Source: an uncultured Thermococci archaeon (GTDB lineage: Archaea; Methanobacteriota_B; Thermococci; Thermococcales; Thermococcaceae). Taken from it: DNA of 59,369 nt. The position numbers were made by a program, and so were the translations under genes. Shown in pieces: positions 20,956 through 31,460 of this stretch. Positions within the stretch are counted from its first letter, which is position 1, and the number at the start of each line of letters is the position of its first letter. Location: assembly GCA_964615185.1 (NCBI GenBank), contig CAZTOS010000004.1:1-59369 (forward strand). Reading direction: 5' to 3'. The notes beneath the pieces were generated by a model. It was given only the letters and a program-made list of their open reading frames with translations. It ran no database searches and was not told the origin of the DNA.

Positions 20956-21525
20956 ATGGGAATTTCAATAACCCCAACTGAAATTAAGATAACAAGAGAA
21001 CTCAGTGAACTTGACAACTTCGTTCTTGATGTTGCTGAACTCATTGAAAAATACTCCCGATATGTAATAGTTAGCGGGTATGTCATAATACTTTTTGGTC
21101 GTTTAAGGGGCACAGAAGACGTTGATTTTGTAATTGAGAGAATCCCCAAAGAAGAGTTCATGAAGTTTTGCAGGGACGCCCAAACGTCCGGCTTTGAGTT
21201 TATAAATCCTGAAGATTGCTCTGGGCTGTATGAGATGCTTAAGGAAAGAATGGCACGTGAAGGAGAGATAATTCCAAATGCTGAAATAAAGTTCCCAAAA
21301 GACTTCTTTCATCAGGAAGCATTGAAGAAGAGAATTCCTGTGCTCTTGAATGACAAACGGATTTACATATCCCCAATAGAGCTCCAAATAGCATACAAGC
21401 TCTATCTTGGGAGTGATAAGGATATAGAGGATGCATATTACCTCCATGAGCTGTTTAAGGAAAACCTTAGCAGGAGGCTTCTTCATGACTATACCCAAAG
21501 ACTGGGAGTTGAAATGCCATTCTAA
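20956..21525 (+). CDS. Nucleotidyltransferase-fold protein, putative toxin-antitoxin component
   Basis: YVIVSGY...GRLRGTEDVDF and C-terminal KL...DKDIEDA. Confidence 0.7.
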   Translation: MGISITPTEIKITRELSELDNFVLDVAELIEKYSRYVIVSGYVIILFGRLRGTEDVDFVIERIPKEEFMKFCRDAQTSGFEFINPEDCSGLYEMLKERMAREGEIIPNAEIKFPKDFFHQEALKKRIPVLLNDKRIYISPIELQIAYKLYLGSDKDIEDAYYLHELFKENLSRRLLHDYTQRLGVEMPF

Positions 21526-21532
21526 GCGAGAT

Positions 21533-21712
21533 ATGAAGGAACGGCTAACCTTCATCAGAATTTACGTCAAAAAGCTCAAAGAAAATCCAGATGATATTTT
21601 CCGACAGCAAGTTAAGCTTGTGAATTCTTTTTTAAAGGCTGCAAAGGATTTTTCTCTCACAAGAGAAGAATATCTCAGAATGAAAGGCGAATTAAAGATG
21701 AAGAAGCTTTGA
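21533..21712 (+). CDS. Small hypothetical protein, likely partner of the upstream NTase
   Basis: Basic helical ~60-aa frame immediately downstream; start uncertain. Confidence 0.55.
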   Translation: MKERLTFIRIYVKKLKENPDDIFRQQVKLVNSFLKAAKDFSLTREEYLRMKGELKMKKL

Positions 21713-21731
21713 AAAAGCTGAAGGTTATGCT

Positions 21732-22290
21732 CTATAATTTCTTTAAAATTCTCTCAGCTTTTTCAAAGTCTTTCTTTTCGATGAGCTTAAGGATTAAGGC
21801 ATAAAGCCCTATCAGTTCAAGATTCTCCGGATTCTCAGCAAGTCTATCAAGCTCTTTATCCAGCTCAGCCTTTGCATTCTCAACGACGCTTTCAGAATAG
21901 TTGGCAAGCTTTAAACCCTGAAGGAGACCGAGGAGCTTTTGAGCTTCAAGCTTTATGATATCTGCCCTCCTCAGTTCTTCCGCGACGGCTTTCTGGGTTT
22001 CGGGGTACTTTGGTTTCGCCGGTTCCCTCGCCACCACCCGCCCCGGTGCTGGTTTTGGTTCCTTCCTCTTCTCGATGAGCCCCATATAAAACTCCTCTTT
22101 CATGAGGGTGTCGAGGTAATTTGTTAGCTTCTTAAGCTGGGTTAGTTCTTCCGGTTTTACACTTGCCTATCTGCTGGCTGAGTGTGTGGTCGACCTTGTC
22201 CACAATGATGACCTCCGCGCTCCTTGATTTCAGGAACCCCTCCTTTTTCTTGTAAATCTTGCCCGTCCGCTTGAACACGTACTCTATCAT
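21732..22290 (-). pseudogene. Hypothetical protein gene broken near 22165
   Basis: The MIEYVFKR... frame and the ASVKPEELTQLKKLTNYLDTLMKEEFY... frame overlap and appear to be one gene; GC-richer than surroundings. Confidence 0.55.
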
Positions 22291-22396
22291 AGTTATCACT
22301 ACTCCTCCGTGGTTTATATTTTGACTGCGATGCTCATTCAGAAATACTTTTCGCCGTCCACAACCCTTAAATAGTTGCAACACGATTAGACTAATC

Positions 22397-23749
22397 ATGA
22401 TGCAACAATTCATCAATCGCGAGTCTGAACTCAAAGCACTTAGCGAGATGTGGAGGAGCAAAAAAGCTGAGCTCGTCATCATTTACGGGAGAAGAAGGGT
22501 TGGAAAGACCGCCTTAGTTCTCAAGGCATTTGAAAATGTCCCTATGATATACTTTCTTGCAGATGAGAGGAGCAACGAAGAAAACCTTGCGGAGTTCCGG
22601 AGGAAGATCGGGGAGTTCTTTGGAGACACGGTAGTAGTCCGCTCCGACCTCAGCTGGCTCGAACTCTTCGAATACATCTCCAAAAGGAACGAAAAGGTTG
22701 TTGTTGTCATTGATGAGCTCCCATACATAGTTGAGTCCAATCCCGCCTTTCCCTCGCTACTCCAGAAGGCTTGGGATTTGCACCTTCAGAACTCCAAGGT
22801 GAAGCTGATTCTTGTTGGCTCTTCGATAGGAATGATGGAAAGATTGCTCGGCTACAGGAGTCCGCTCTACGGGAGGAGGACAATGCAGCTTGAGGTGAAA
22901 CCGCTGAAATACTGGCATTTAAAGGAATTCCTCCCGAGCTACTCTCCAGAAGACTTGCTGAGAGTCTATGGCGTTGCAGATGGCATACCCCTTTATTTAA
23001 ACCAGTTTAATGAAAAGCTCACCTTCTGGGAAAATGTGGAAAGACTTTTCCTGAGAAAGGAGAGCCCACTATACGCTGAAGCTGAGTTCCTTTTGAGGCA
23101 GGAGTTCAGGGAGCCGGCACGCTACTTCGCGATACTCAAGGCAATAGCCTTCGGAAAGACGAGCTTTGGTGAGATAGTTAGCTTCACGGGCTTCGACAGA
23201 GGGACTGTTTCCCGCTACCTTGACAACCTCTCAAGGATAAGGGTTGTCAGAAAGGTTCATCCAGTCTTCGAGCCCGAGAAAAGGAGGAACATGAGGTACG
23301 AGATAACTGACAACTACTTCCGCTTCTGGTTCCGCTTCGTTTATCCAAACAGAGAGCTAATTGAGAGGGAGCTCTACGGGGATGCCTTGAGAACTATCAG
23401 GAATAATTTTGACCACTACATGGGCGGAATTTTTGAGAAAGCAGTTGTTGATTTCCTCTGGAGGAGGTTTGCCTTTGAGAGAGGAGGGAGATGGTGGAGG
23501 AAGGGTGAAGAGATAGACTTTGTTGGAATGAAGGGAGAAACAGCATACTTCTTTGAGGTTAAATGGAGCATGCTGAAGCGTTCCAAGGCGATTGAAGTTA
23601 TTGAAAAGCTGAAAAAGAAGGCGAAGGGAGTCAAAATCAGCGCCACTGAGAAGAAGTTCGGCATCGTCGCAAGGGAAGTTGAAGGGAAGGCGGAGCTTGA
23701 GAAACAGGGCATCATTGTCTTTGAAATTAAAGATTTGTTTGGGGTTTAG
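22397..23749 (+). CDS. Archaeal ATPase with wHTH and C-terminal PD-(D/E)XK (DUF234-type) domain
   Basis: FINRESEL, YGRRRVGKT, VVIDE, DNYFRFW, EIDFV...FEVKW. Confidence 0.9.
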   Translation: MMQQFINRESELKALSEMWRSKKAELVIIYGRRRVGKTALVLKAFENVPMIYFLADERSNEENLAEFRRKIGEFFGDTVVVRSDLSWLELFEYISKRNEKVVVVIDELPYIVESNPAFPSLLQKAWDLHLQNSKVKLILVGSSIGMMERLLGYRSPLYGRRTMQLEVKPLKYWHLKEFLPSYSPEDLLRVYGVADGIPLYLNQFNEKLTFWENVERLFLRKESPLYAEAEFLLRQEFREPARYFAILKAIAFGKTSFGEIVSFTGFDRGTVSRYLDNLSRIRVVRKVHPVFEPEKRRNMRYEITDNYFRFWFRFVYPNRELIERELYGDALRTIRNNFDHYMGGIFEKAVVDFLWRRFAFERGGRWWRKGEEIDFVGMKGETAYFFEVKWSMLKRSKAIEVIEKLKKKAKGVKISATEKKFGIVAREVEGKAELEKQGIIVFEIKDLFGV

Positions 23750-23972
23750 AGAGCTTTATGAGCTCGATGGTGAAGGCATAGGAACCGAGCCTGAGGTTAG
23801 CTTCTCGCAGGAGGAGCTCAATTTTCCTTGCCTCATCTGAAAATTATTCCCTTCCAAATCAACCAGATGCCGAGAGAATGCATCCATATCCCAAGAACTT
23901 CAGAGTTTGGGGGTTTCTTAAAACTACCGTTGCCTTTTTATTTTCCTCTGCACTTCTTTTCTTGGTGGTCTT

Positions 23973-24875
23973 ATGAAAATCATCCCCTTAGCATCTGAGA
24001 GCTTGGGAGTAAGGAGTTTAGCAACTTATGTCAAAATTGACAAAACTGGAATTTTGATTGATCCCGGAGTGGCTTTAGGGCCCAAACGCTACTCTTTACC
24101 TCCAGCAAAAGCTGAGCTTAAAGCTTTGATGAAAGCAAGGGAAAAAATCCAATCCTATGCCAAAAAAGCGGATATAGTTACAATTTCCCATTACCATTAT
24201 GACCATCACACACCCTTCTTTGAAGGAATTTATGAGAGCTCATCCCCAGAGAAGGCAAGGGAGATTTATGAGGGTAGGATTTTGCTCATTAAGCATCCAA
24301 AGGAAAATATAAATTTCAGCCAGCGGAAAAGAGCTTGGAATTTTCTTAAAGAGGCTGAAAAGATTGCTAAAAAGATTGAATATGCAGATGGGAAGTTCTT
24401 TGACTTTGGAGACTTCATAATGGAATTTTCCCCCGCAGTTCCCCATGGGAGTGAAGGGACTAAACTCGGCTTTGTTATCATGGTCATGATTGATGACGGA
24501 ACGAAGAGATTGGTTCACGCAAGCGACATTCAGCTTTTAAATAGAAGATCCGTAGAGTGGATAATAAAACAGGTGCCAGACATCCTCATCACGGGAGGTC
24601 CCCCGACGTATTTGGAAGGTTATAGAGTTAAAGACGCTTGGAATACAGGCTTAAAGAACCTAAATGAAATTATAAAGGAAACCAACGCTCGGATAATCCT
24701 CGACCATCACTTGATTAGAGATAAACGCTACCCAGAATTCTTTGCCCAGCTTAAGAAGAAACCTTTAACTTTTGCACGATTCCTCAAAAGGGAAGATAAG
24801 CCCTTAGAGGCATATAGAAAGGAGCTGCATAAAATCGAGAAGGGAGAAGATGCAGAGTTGCCTTTCAAGATTTGA
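23973..24875 (+). CDS. UPF0282 metallo-beta-lactamase-fold protein
   Basis: ASESLGVRS, SHYHYDHH, HASDIQ, DHHLIRD. Confidence 0.85.
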   Translation: MKIIPLASESLGVRSLATYVKIDKTGILIDPGVALGPKRYSLPPAKAELKALMKAREKIQSYAKKADIVTISHYHYDHHTPFFEGIYESSSPEKAREIYEGRILLIKHPKENINFSQRKRAWNFLKEAEKIAKKIEYADGKFFDFGDFIMEFSPAVPHGSEGTKLGFVIMVMIDDGTKRLVHASDIQLLNRRSVEWIIKQVPDILITGGPPTYLEGYRVKDAWNTGLKNLNEIIKETNARIILDHHLIRDKRYPEFFAQLKKKPLTFARFLKREDKPLEAYRKELHKIEKGEDAELPFKI

Positions 24876-25308
24876 CTTTGAGAAGTTCTCTAATCCACTT
24901 TTGAACAACAGCCTTTTGGGAGAAATCAGGCTTTCTAATCCATCCTTTGACGATGGCTGTCCCAATGATATTTCCTGGAACTCTTTTAACCAAAGCCCCA
25001 ACATAACGCTTTTCGGCATAAGTTTTACCGGCATGTCCAAAAATCTCTGCTATGCAGACCACAAAAACAGCAACCTTCTTGTTTCTAAGTTCATCCTGAT
25101 GCTGTTCCAAAAACTTAAGAACACTCTTTAACGGGCGTTCATAATATATTGGACTCCCAATTACAATTAAGTCACAGTCTTTTAGGTTATTGACTTCGTT
25201 AACATGCATCACTACCGCTTCGGCTTTGTCCCCTATTGCCTCTTTCATCCAATTTGCTATCATTTCAGTTGAGCCTCTCCTTGTGTCATAAACAATGCAA
25301 ACCTTCAT
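24865..25308 (-). CDS. Flavodoxin-domain protein
   Basis: YDTRRGSTEMIA FMN loop, IVIGSPIY. Confidence 0.85.
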   Translation of the reverse strand: MKVCIVYDTRRGSTEMIANWMKEAIGDKAEAVVMHVNEVNNLKDCDLIVIGSPIYYERPLKSVLKFLEQHQDELRNKKVAVFVVCIAEIFGHAGKTYAEKRYVGALVKRVPGNIIGTAIVKGWIRKPDFSQKAVVQKWIRELLKVKS

Positions 25309-25422
25309 CTTCCTCTCCCTGATATTAAATTAGATCGTGAGGGTATAACTATCTTTGCCATATTTAAAACCAAAAACTCTAAATTTGCCTAATGTAAAAG
25401 TTAAAGCATCGGAGGTGAAAAA

Positions 25423-26595
25423 ATGAAGAGCTTTTACATTGCCCATGAAGATGACATAAAAGCTGGAAAAACTACCGATGTTTACTTCATTCGAACAAAG
25501 AAGATACTCGAGGCAAAAGGCATACATAAGAAGGTTCTTGCAGATGTTTCAACAACTTCCCTTCCAAAGGGATGGAAATGGGGAGTTTTGGCTGGAGTTG
25601 AAGAGGTTGCCAAACTTTTGGAAGGATTGCCAGTGAACGTTTATTCCATGCCTGAGGGAACAATATTCCACCCATATGAGCCAGTTATGCAAATTGAAGG
25701 TTATTATAAGGAGTTTGGTATTTATGAGACTGCTCTATTGGGAATGCTTAGTCAAGCAAGCGGAATTGCAACAGCAGCCCTAAGGGTAAAAATAGCCGCA
25801 AAGTTTAAACCTGTCTACTCATTCGGAATAAGGCACATGCATCCAGCCATAGCCCCAATGATAGATAGGGCAGCTTTTATAGGGGGCTGTGATGGAGTAA
25901 GCGGAGTTTTGGGAGCTGAGATGATTGGCGAAAAACCCGTTGGAACAATGCCACATGCCCTGATTCTTACAGTTGGAGACCAGGTGAAGGCGTGGAAGTA
26001 CTTTGACGAGGTTGTTGAACCAGAAGTTCCAAGGACTGCGTTGGTTGATACCTTCTGTGATGAGAAGTTTGAGGCATTGATGGCGGCTGAAGCCTTAGGG
26101 GAAAGACTTTTTGCGGTTAGGCTTGATACTCCAAGCTCAAGAAGAGGAAACTTTAGAAGAATAGTCGAAGAGGTTCGCTGGGAGCTTGACTTGAGAGGGC
26201 ATAACCATGTTAAGATTTTCCTCAGCGGCGGACTTGATGAAGAAAGCATAAAAGAGCTTGTGGATGTTGCTGATGCCTTTGGAGTTGGTGCTTCAATAGC
26301 GTCAGCAAAGCCCGTTGATTTCTCACTTGACATAGTGGAGATAGAAGGAAAGCCAATAACAAAGAGGGGCAAGTTAAGCGGAAGGAAGCAGGTTTACCGC
26401 TGTGAGAACGGACATTACCACAGAGTCCCGGTCAAAAAGAAGCTCGAACGCTGTCCAATATGTAGAGCAAAAGTGGAACCACTTTTAAAGCCTCTCATTG
26501 AAAACGGTGAAATAGTTGCTGAACTTCCAAAAGCCAGGAAGATCAGAGAATATGTACTTGAACAGGCCAAAAAGTTCAACCTCAGCTTAGAATAA
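25423..26595 (+). CDS. pncB: Nicotinate phosphoribosyltransferase
   Basis: TDVYF, SFGIRH, GTMPH, VRLDT, SGGLDE, FGVG. Confidence 0.92.
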   Translation: MKSFYIAHEDDIKAGKTTDVYFIRTKKILEAKGIHKKVLADVSTTSLPKGWKWGVLAGVEEVAKLLEGLPVNVYSMPEGTIFHPYEPVMQIEGYYKEFGIYETALLGMLSQASGIATAALRVKIAAKFKPVYSFGIRHMHPAIAPMIDRAAFIGGCDGVSGVLGAEMIGEKPVGTMPHALILTVGDQVKAWKYFDEVVEPEVPRTALVDTFCDEKFEALMAAEALGERLFAVRLDTPSSRRGNFRRIVEEVRWELDLRGHNHVKIFLSGGLDEESIKELVDVADAFGVGASIASAKPVDFSLDIVEIEGKPITKRGKLSGRKQVYRCENGHYHRVPVKKKLERCPICRAKVEPLLKPLIENGEIVAELPKARKIREYVLEQAKKFNLSLE

Positions 26596-26647
26596 AGCTT
26601 CTACTTTTTCTTGTTTTCTTTTAAAATAGAAGAAAATGAAAAGGAAA

Positions 26648-26878
<231 letters not shown>

Positions 26879-27101
26879 TTAAAAGAGTTTTTTCAACCAA
26901 AGGTGTATAACTACTTATTGGCAAGTCTCTCTGGTAGTTGGGACTTTAAGAAATTTTATTTAGTATTGCCGCAAGGCAACTGTCAAATACTCTTTCACGT
27001 TTAGCGATTTAGTGGTTTGAGAAAAGTTGCATAAGACACGAATCCAATATTGAAAACTAAAAAAGTATTGAACTAAAAAACTTAAAATACAAGCCAGAAG
27101 T

Positions 27102-27562
<461 letters not shown>

Positions 27563-27585
27563 TGGCATCACCAAAGAATATTACA

Positions 27586-27610
27586 AACCTTTTGTTATAA
27601 ACCTTTTGTT
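27586..27610. promoter_or_regulatory. Extended SurR site overlapping the ferredoxin TATA box
   Basis: AAC-N5-GTT-ATA-AAC-N5-GTT, containing the SurR long motif GTTn3AACn5GTT. Confidence 0.75.
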
Positions 27611-27694
27611 TACAATGTAGAATCTAAGACGTTAACATTGCTTATGTAAGGGGATTTCATCAGTGTTGAACTGAAATATAGTAAAAAGAAAAAT

Positions 27695-27910
27695 TCAGTC
27701 TATTTGCTCCATATATATGCAGGCAGCAGTACAAGCGTCAACTGCTTCTTTTACGCAATCATAGAGGTTTTCATCTATTATTTCCTCTAAGACAATAGCT
27801 TTTCCGTCTTCATCAAGCTGAAAAACCTCAGGGCAAAAGCTGACACAAACTGCGTCCCCAACACAAAGTTCTCTATCAATCCAGACTTTCCATCTGGTCA
27901 TTGCAATCAC
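27695..27910 (-). CDS. Single-cluster ferredoxin (CxxDxxC)
   Basis: WKVWIDRELCVGDAVCVSFCPEVF...CTAACI; start may be 27901. Confidence 0.92.
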   Translation of the reverse strand: MIAMTRWKVWIDRELCVGDAVCVSFCPEVFQLDEDGKAIVLEEIIDENLYDCVKEAVDACTAACIYMEQID

Positions 27911-27925
27911 CAGGATTTTTTAATA

Positions 27926-27950
27926 AACCTTTTGTTATAAACCTTTCGTT
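27926..27950. promoter_or_regulatory. Extended SurR site overlapping the ferredoxin TATA box
   Basis: AAC-CTTTT-GTT-ATA-AAC-CTTTC-GTT, nearly identical to 27586-27610. Confidence 0.75.
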
Positions 27951-28082
27951 AACTTTTCTAAAAGTAGCAATATTTTGACAAAAGCAATAAGAAAAGTGAA
28001 ATAAATGACAAATAAAACCTTTATTTTTATCTTAGTTTGAATGTTAATAATGTCAAATAAAAAGCAAAAAATTTGACAAAAG

Positions 28083-28403
28083 TCAAATAAGCCCGAGCTT
28101 CTTTTTGTACTCTTCGCTTATCCTGTCCGGTGACCATGGAGGATCAAAGGTGAGCTCAATTTCAACATCTTTGACTCCGGGGATTTCAAGTATCTTTTCC
28201 TCAACTGCCTTTAAAAGCCACATAGTTAATGGGCAGCCAGGGGTTGTCATGGTCATCTTTACGTAAACTGTGTTGTCTGGTCTTGTATCAATTTCATAAA
28301 TCAGTCCCAAATTAACAACATCAATGCCTATTTCAGGGTCAACCACTTCTTTAAGCTTCTCCAGAATTAACTCCTTACTTAGTGCACTATTTCCTTCATC
28401 CAT
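28083..28403 (-). CDS. Metal-sulfur cluster assembly factor (DUF59/SufT)
   Basis: VVDPEIGIDVVNLGLIY, TTPGCP, FDPPW. Confidence 0.92.
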   Translation of the reverse strand: MDEGNSALSKELILEKLKEVVDPEIGIDVVNLGLIYEIDTRPDNTVYVKMTMTTPGCPLTMWLLKAVEEKILEIPGVKDVEIELTFDPPWSPDRISEEYKKKLGLI

Positions 28404-28483
28404 TATGCTTCACCTAAACTTCCCTCTTGGATAACAGATTTAAACCTTTTGGGTCATTTTTGATTACCGTTAAGATACTATGT

Positions 28484-29236
28484 TCATTTCATGAGCACAT
28501 CAAGTATAAGCCTCTTTGCAATATCCTCATCTATTGCCCCAGCCCTAAGTTCTCTCAGGATTCTTTGAATTGCGAACTTTTTTAGCACATTGTACTTGCG
28601 GACAGCTGATTCCCAGAGAGAGCATCCAAATTCAAGGGCGTATTTTTTCCCCAAGACACTTATAGCTTCTCTTTTATCCATGGCAAGAAAGGCAGGAAGA
28701 TTTAGCCTGATTACCTTGCCCTTTGGATATATTGAAATGCTGCCCACACTCAGAAGATCTCCTGAGGCAACTATTTTAATTCCCTCCCTGATTGCATACT
28801 CTTCAACAGCTCTCATTATCATTGAGTGACACCTGCCACAAATCGGGGCACCTTTTTCGATTTGCTTGCTTATTGTTTCCATATAATCTGGGATCTCAAC
28901 AAAAACGGCACCATATGATTGAGCATTCAAGAGAACGGGTTCTCTTATTTGAGGTAGTTTTACCATAACTGGGACGACTTCAAAACCAGCCCATCTGAGA
29001 ATTTTTACTGTTGCCGTGCTATCACTTCCTGCAGAGAATGCAACAACTATTTTTTCATCAATGGGAGTTTTATCAAATTCTTTGCCAAAAAGTCGATATT
29101 CAACCAATGCTTTCAATCTTTCATAGCTTTGCTCACTAATTCTCCCTCTAACTCTCTCAAGAGCTTCAAGAGACTGCTGTAGTCTGTAACGCTTTACAAA
29201 ATCATCTCCCACCACTCTAAGCAAAGTCACCACCAA
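28484..29236 (-). CDS. PP-loop ATPase family protein
   Basis: VAFSAGSDS, PICGRC, ASGD. Confidence 0.75.
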   Translation of the reverse strand: MVVTLLRVVGDDFVKRYRLQQSLEALERVRGRISEQSYERLKALVEYRLFGKEFDKTPIDEKIVVAFSAGSDSTATVKILRWAGFEVVPVMVKLPQIREPVLLNAQSYGAVFVEIPDYMETISKQIEKGAPICGRCHSMIMRAVEEYAIREGIKIVASGDLLSVGSISIYPKGKVIRLNLPAFLAMDKREAISVLGKKYALEFGCSLWESAVRKYNVLKKFAIQRILRELRAGAIDEDIAKRLILDVLMK

Positions 29237-30048
29237 ATTCGGTTACCCTTTACCTTAATGTATCCTAAGCTTTGCAACTCTTTGAGGATATCCTCCAAAG
29301 CTTCTTCGTCAAAATATATATTTACCCTCTCCCTTTTTCCTTCTATTGGAATAGGCTCCCTTTCAAGCAAAGCTTCAATAAGCTCATTTTTTCTATTTTT
29401 CTGCTTGACTAATTCGAGGATGATCTCCGCTAAGACGGATTTTGCTACTCCCACAAACATTGCATCCACTAAAGATTCCTCAGTTGCATATTCTTCTGCT
29501 ATCTCAAGAGCTTCTTGAACTAAATCTTTCTCAACTTCGAGAACTTCAACATAGTACTTTTTCATGAAAGTAAATTCCGTTATGAGCTTTGCATCCATCT
29601 TTTCTTCAAGTTCATCCAAAAACTCCTCAACTTCATCTATTGGAAATCTCAATTCAATAACTAAATCATCAAGCTTAGGTTTTTCCACGAGCTTCAGCTT
29701 CTCTTCCCCGACAACATACCCTCCTTCAACCAGTGCTGACAGCACTACAAGTCGGTTTATATCAACCTCATCAAACAGTTCACCAATTTCCTTTTCTTCC
29801 CCAACTTGCCAGTTTTCCATAAGCCTCTCGAAAGTCTGCTGAATCTCGCCAAGCTTTTCATCAATCACATCAAATTCCTCACCTTTTGCAACTAACTTAG
29901 AATATTTCCCTTTAATCATGATGAAGTGCTGAACCTCCCAGCTAAGTTCCTCTTTTGTTTTATTCATAATTCCAGCCTTACTAAGCTCTTTTGAGAGCTC
30001 AATCATATCCTCTTTACTCAAAACTTCGAATCTCATTTGTATCCCCAA
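29227..30048 (-). CDS. Acidic conserved hypothetical protein; paralog of 4790-5614
   Basis: Starts MRF, similar length, ends ELQSLGYIKVKGNRI. Confidence 0.75.
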   Translation of the reverse strand: MGIQMRFEVLSKEDMIELSKELSKAGIMNKTKEELSWEVQHFIMIKGKYSKLVAKGEEFDVIDEKLGEIQQTFERLMENWQVGEEKEIGELFDEVDINRLVVLSALVEGGYVVGEEKLKLVEKPKLDDLVIELRFPIDEVEEFLDELEEKMDAKLITEFTFMKKYYVEVLEVEKDLVQEALEIAEEYATEESLVDAMFVGVAKSVLAEIILELVKQKNRKNELIEALLEREPIPIEGKRERVNIYFDEEALEDILKELQSLGYIKVKGNRIWW

Positions 30049-30080
30049 AGGTACTCCAGAAAATCATGTTATAAAGTTTC

Positions 30081-30737
30081 TCAATCATTTTCAAGAAGGG
30101 ATGTCAAAAGAGCTTTTAAAGGTTTGTTTCTTAAGAGTTTTACTGTTTCCTCAATTTCGTCTTTGACGTCTTTATCTCTGTTCAAATATAGATAAAGGGC
30201 ATATGCCATTACTTTTGGATCTCCTTCATTAACATCCTTTACTGCTTTTGCTAAGCTTAGATTTGTGAGTAAATCATCAGCAAGAAAACGAAGCTTTTCT
30301 TCGTCCCTCTTTTCCAGTGCTTCTTTTAGTGGAAGATAGAATTCATTTAGAACAGTACGTGCACTTTTCTTTCTTCTGTTAAGATACTCCACTGGACTTT
30401 CAACCTCTTCTTTGCTCATAAATTTCCAAACTATATATCCCAAAGGGAAGAAAACCAAAACCAGTGTGAGAAGTACATATGGAGTGAAGGAAATGGGAAC
30501 TCTCTGAGCATACCGACTTTTGATGTAGAATAAAAGCATTAAACCTGTAACCATCCATATTGCGATGAATATTAAATAATACTCCGAATAACTTTTTCTT
30601 TTTTCCCAGACCTTATATTTATGGACTGCTCCGGTCTCTTCAAGTAATTTTAATCTTTGCTCAGCCAGTTCAATCTCCGCTTCCAGTCTCTTTATCCTCT
30701 TTTCTATTTCTTCAAATACCTTCTCCATATATCTCAT
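30081..30737 (-). CDS. Hypothetical membrane protein (coiled coil plus 2 TM)
   Basis: Two hydrophobic segments; co-oriented in the operon. Confidence 0.75.
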   Translation of the reverse strand: MRYMEKVFEEIEKRIKRLEAEIELAEQRLKLLEETGAVHKYKVWEKRKSYSEYYLIFIAIWMVTGLMLLFYIKSRYAQRVPISFTPYVLLTLVLVFFPLGYIVWKFMSKEEVESPVEYLNRRKKSARTVLNEFYLPLKEALEKRDEEKLRFLADDLLTNLSLAKAVKDVNEGDPKVMAYALYLYLNRDKDVKDEIEETVKLLRNKPLKALLTSLLEND

Positions 30738-30738
30738 C

Positions 30739-31449
30739 TCAATCTCCTAAGATAAAACGGGCAATCTTTTCACTAACAATATCTAAAATTGCCTCGCCTT
30801 TTTCTTTTGTTGCTCCCTTTGGGTTGTCATTTACTCCGTTTGGAAAGAGCTCAAGAGCTATATCTTTCCTGATTATTCTAACTTTTGAAGTTCTCTTTTC
30901 ACCTTCAGCCTTTTCCATTTTGACTAATTCAGGCTTTATTGCCAAAATAACAGAGGTTTCGTCTTCTCCGGCGTGACCTTGAGAAGAGCATATGCTTAGA
31001 ATGTCTTCCCTAAAGTCAATCCACCAATTTATAAGCCACACTTCAACATCGTATTTCCCAGCAACATCTTCAGCAGCTTCAACAAGCGGATAATAATTCC
31101 CACCATGCCCATTTATCAAAATAATCCTCTTGAAACCCTCTTCTGCAAATTCTTCCATAACATCACGAACATATCTCCTTAAGGTATCAGCTTTCACATT
31201 TATAGTTCCCGGAAAGATATTGAGAACGAAACTGTGCCCATACCAGATTGGAGGAGCAATTAGAATTTCTTTTCCCTTTTCTTTCAGCTTAGCCTCAACC
31301 CTTTTCGCTATCTCAACTGGAGCGAATACATCAGTGCCAAGAGGCAAATGCTTTCCATGAGCCTCAACACTTCCAATTGGCAGAATTATAGTATCAATTC
31401 TCCCTCTAATTTCATCAAACTCATCCCATGTTAAGTTTTCCATGCGCAT
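30739..31449 (-). CDS. Creatininase-family amidohydrolase
   Basis: PIGSVEAHGKHLPLGTD, NGHGGN, GHAGEDETS. Confidence 0.92.
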   Translation of the reverse strand: MRMENLTWDEFDEIRGRIDTIILPIGSVEAHGKHLPLGTDVFAPVEIAKRVEAKLKEKGKEILIAPPIWYGHSFVLNIFPGTINVKADTLRRYVRDVMEEFAEEGFKRIILINGHGGNYYPLVEAAEDVAGKYDVEVWLINWWIDFREDILSICSSQGHAGEDETSVILAIKPELVKMEKAEGEKRTSKVRIIRKDIALELFPNGVNDNPKGATKEKGEAILDIVSEKIARFILGD

Positions 31450-31460
31450 TTTACTCCCCT

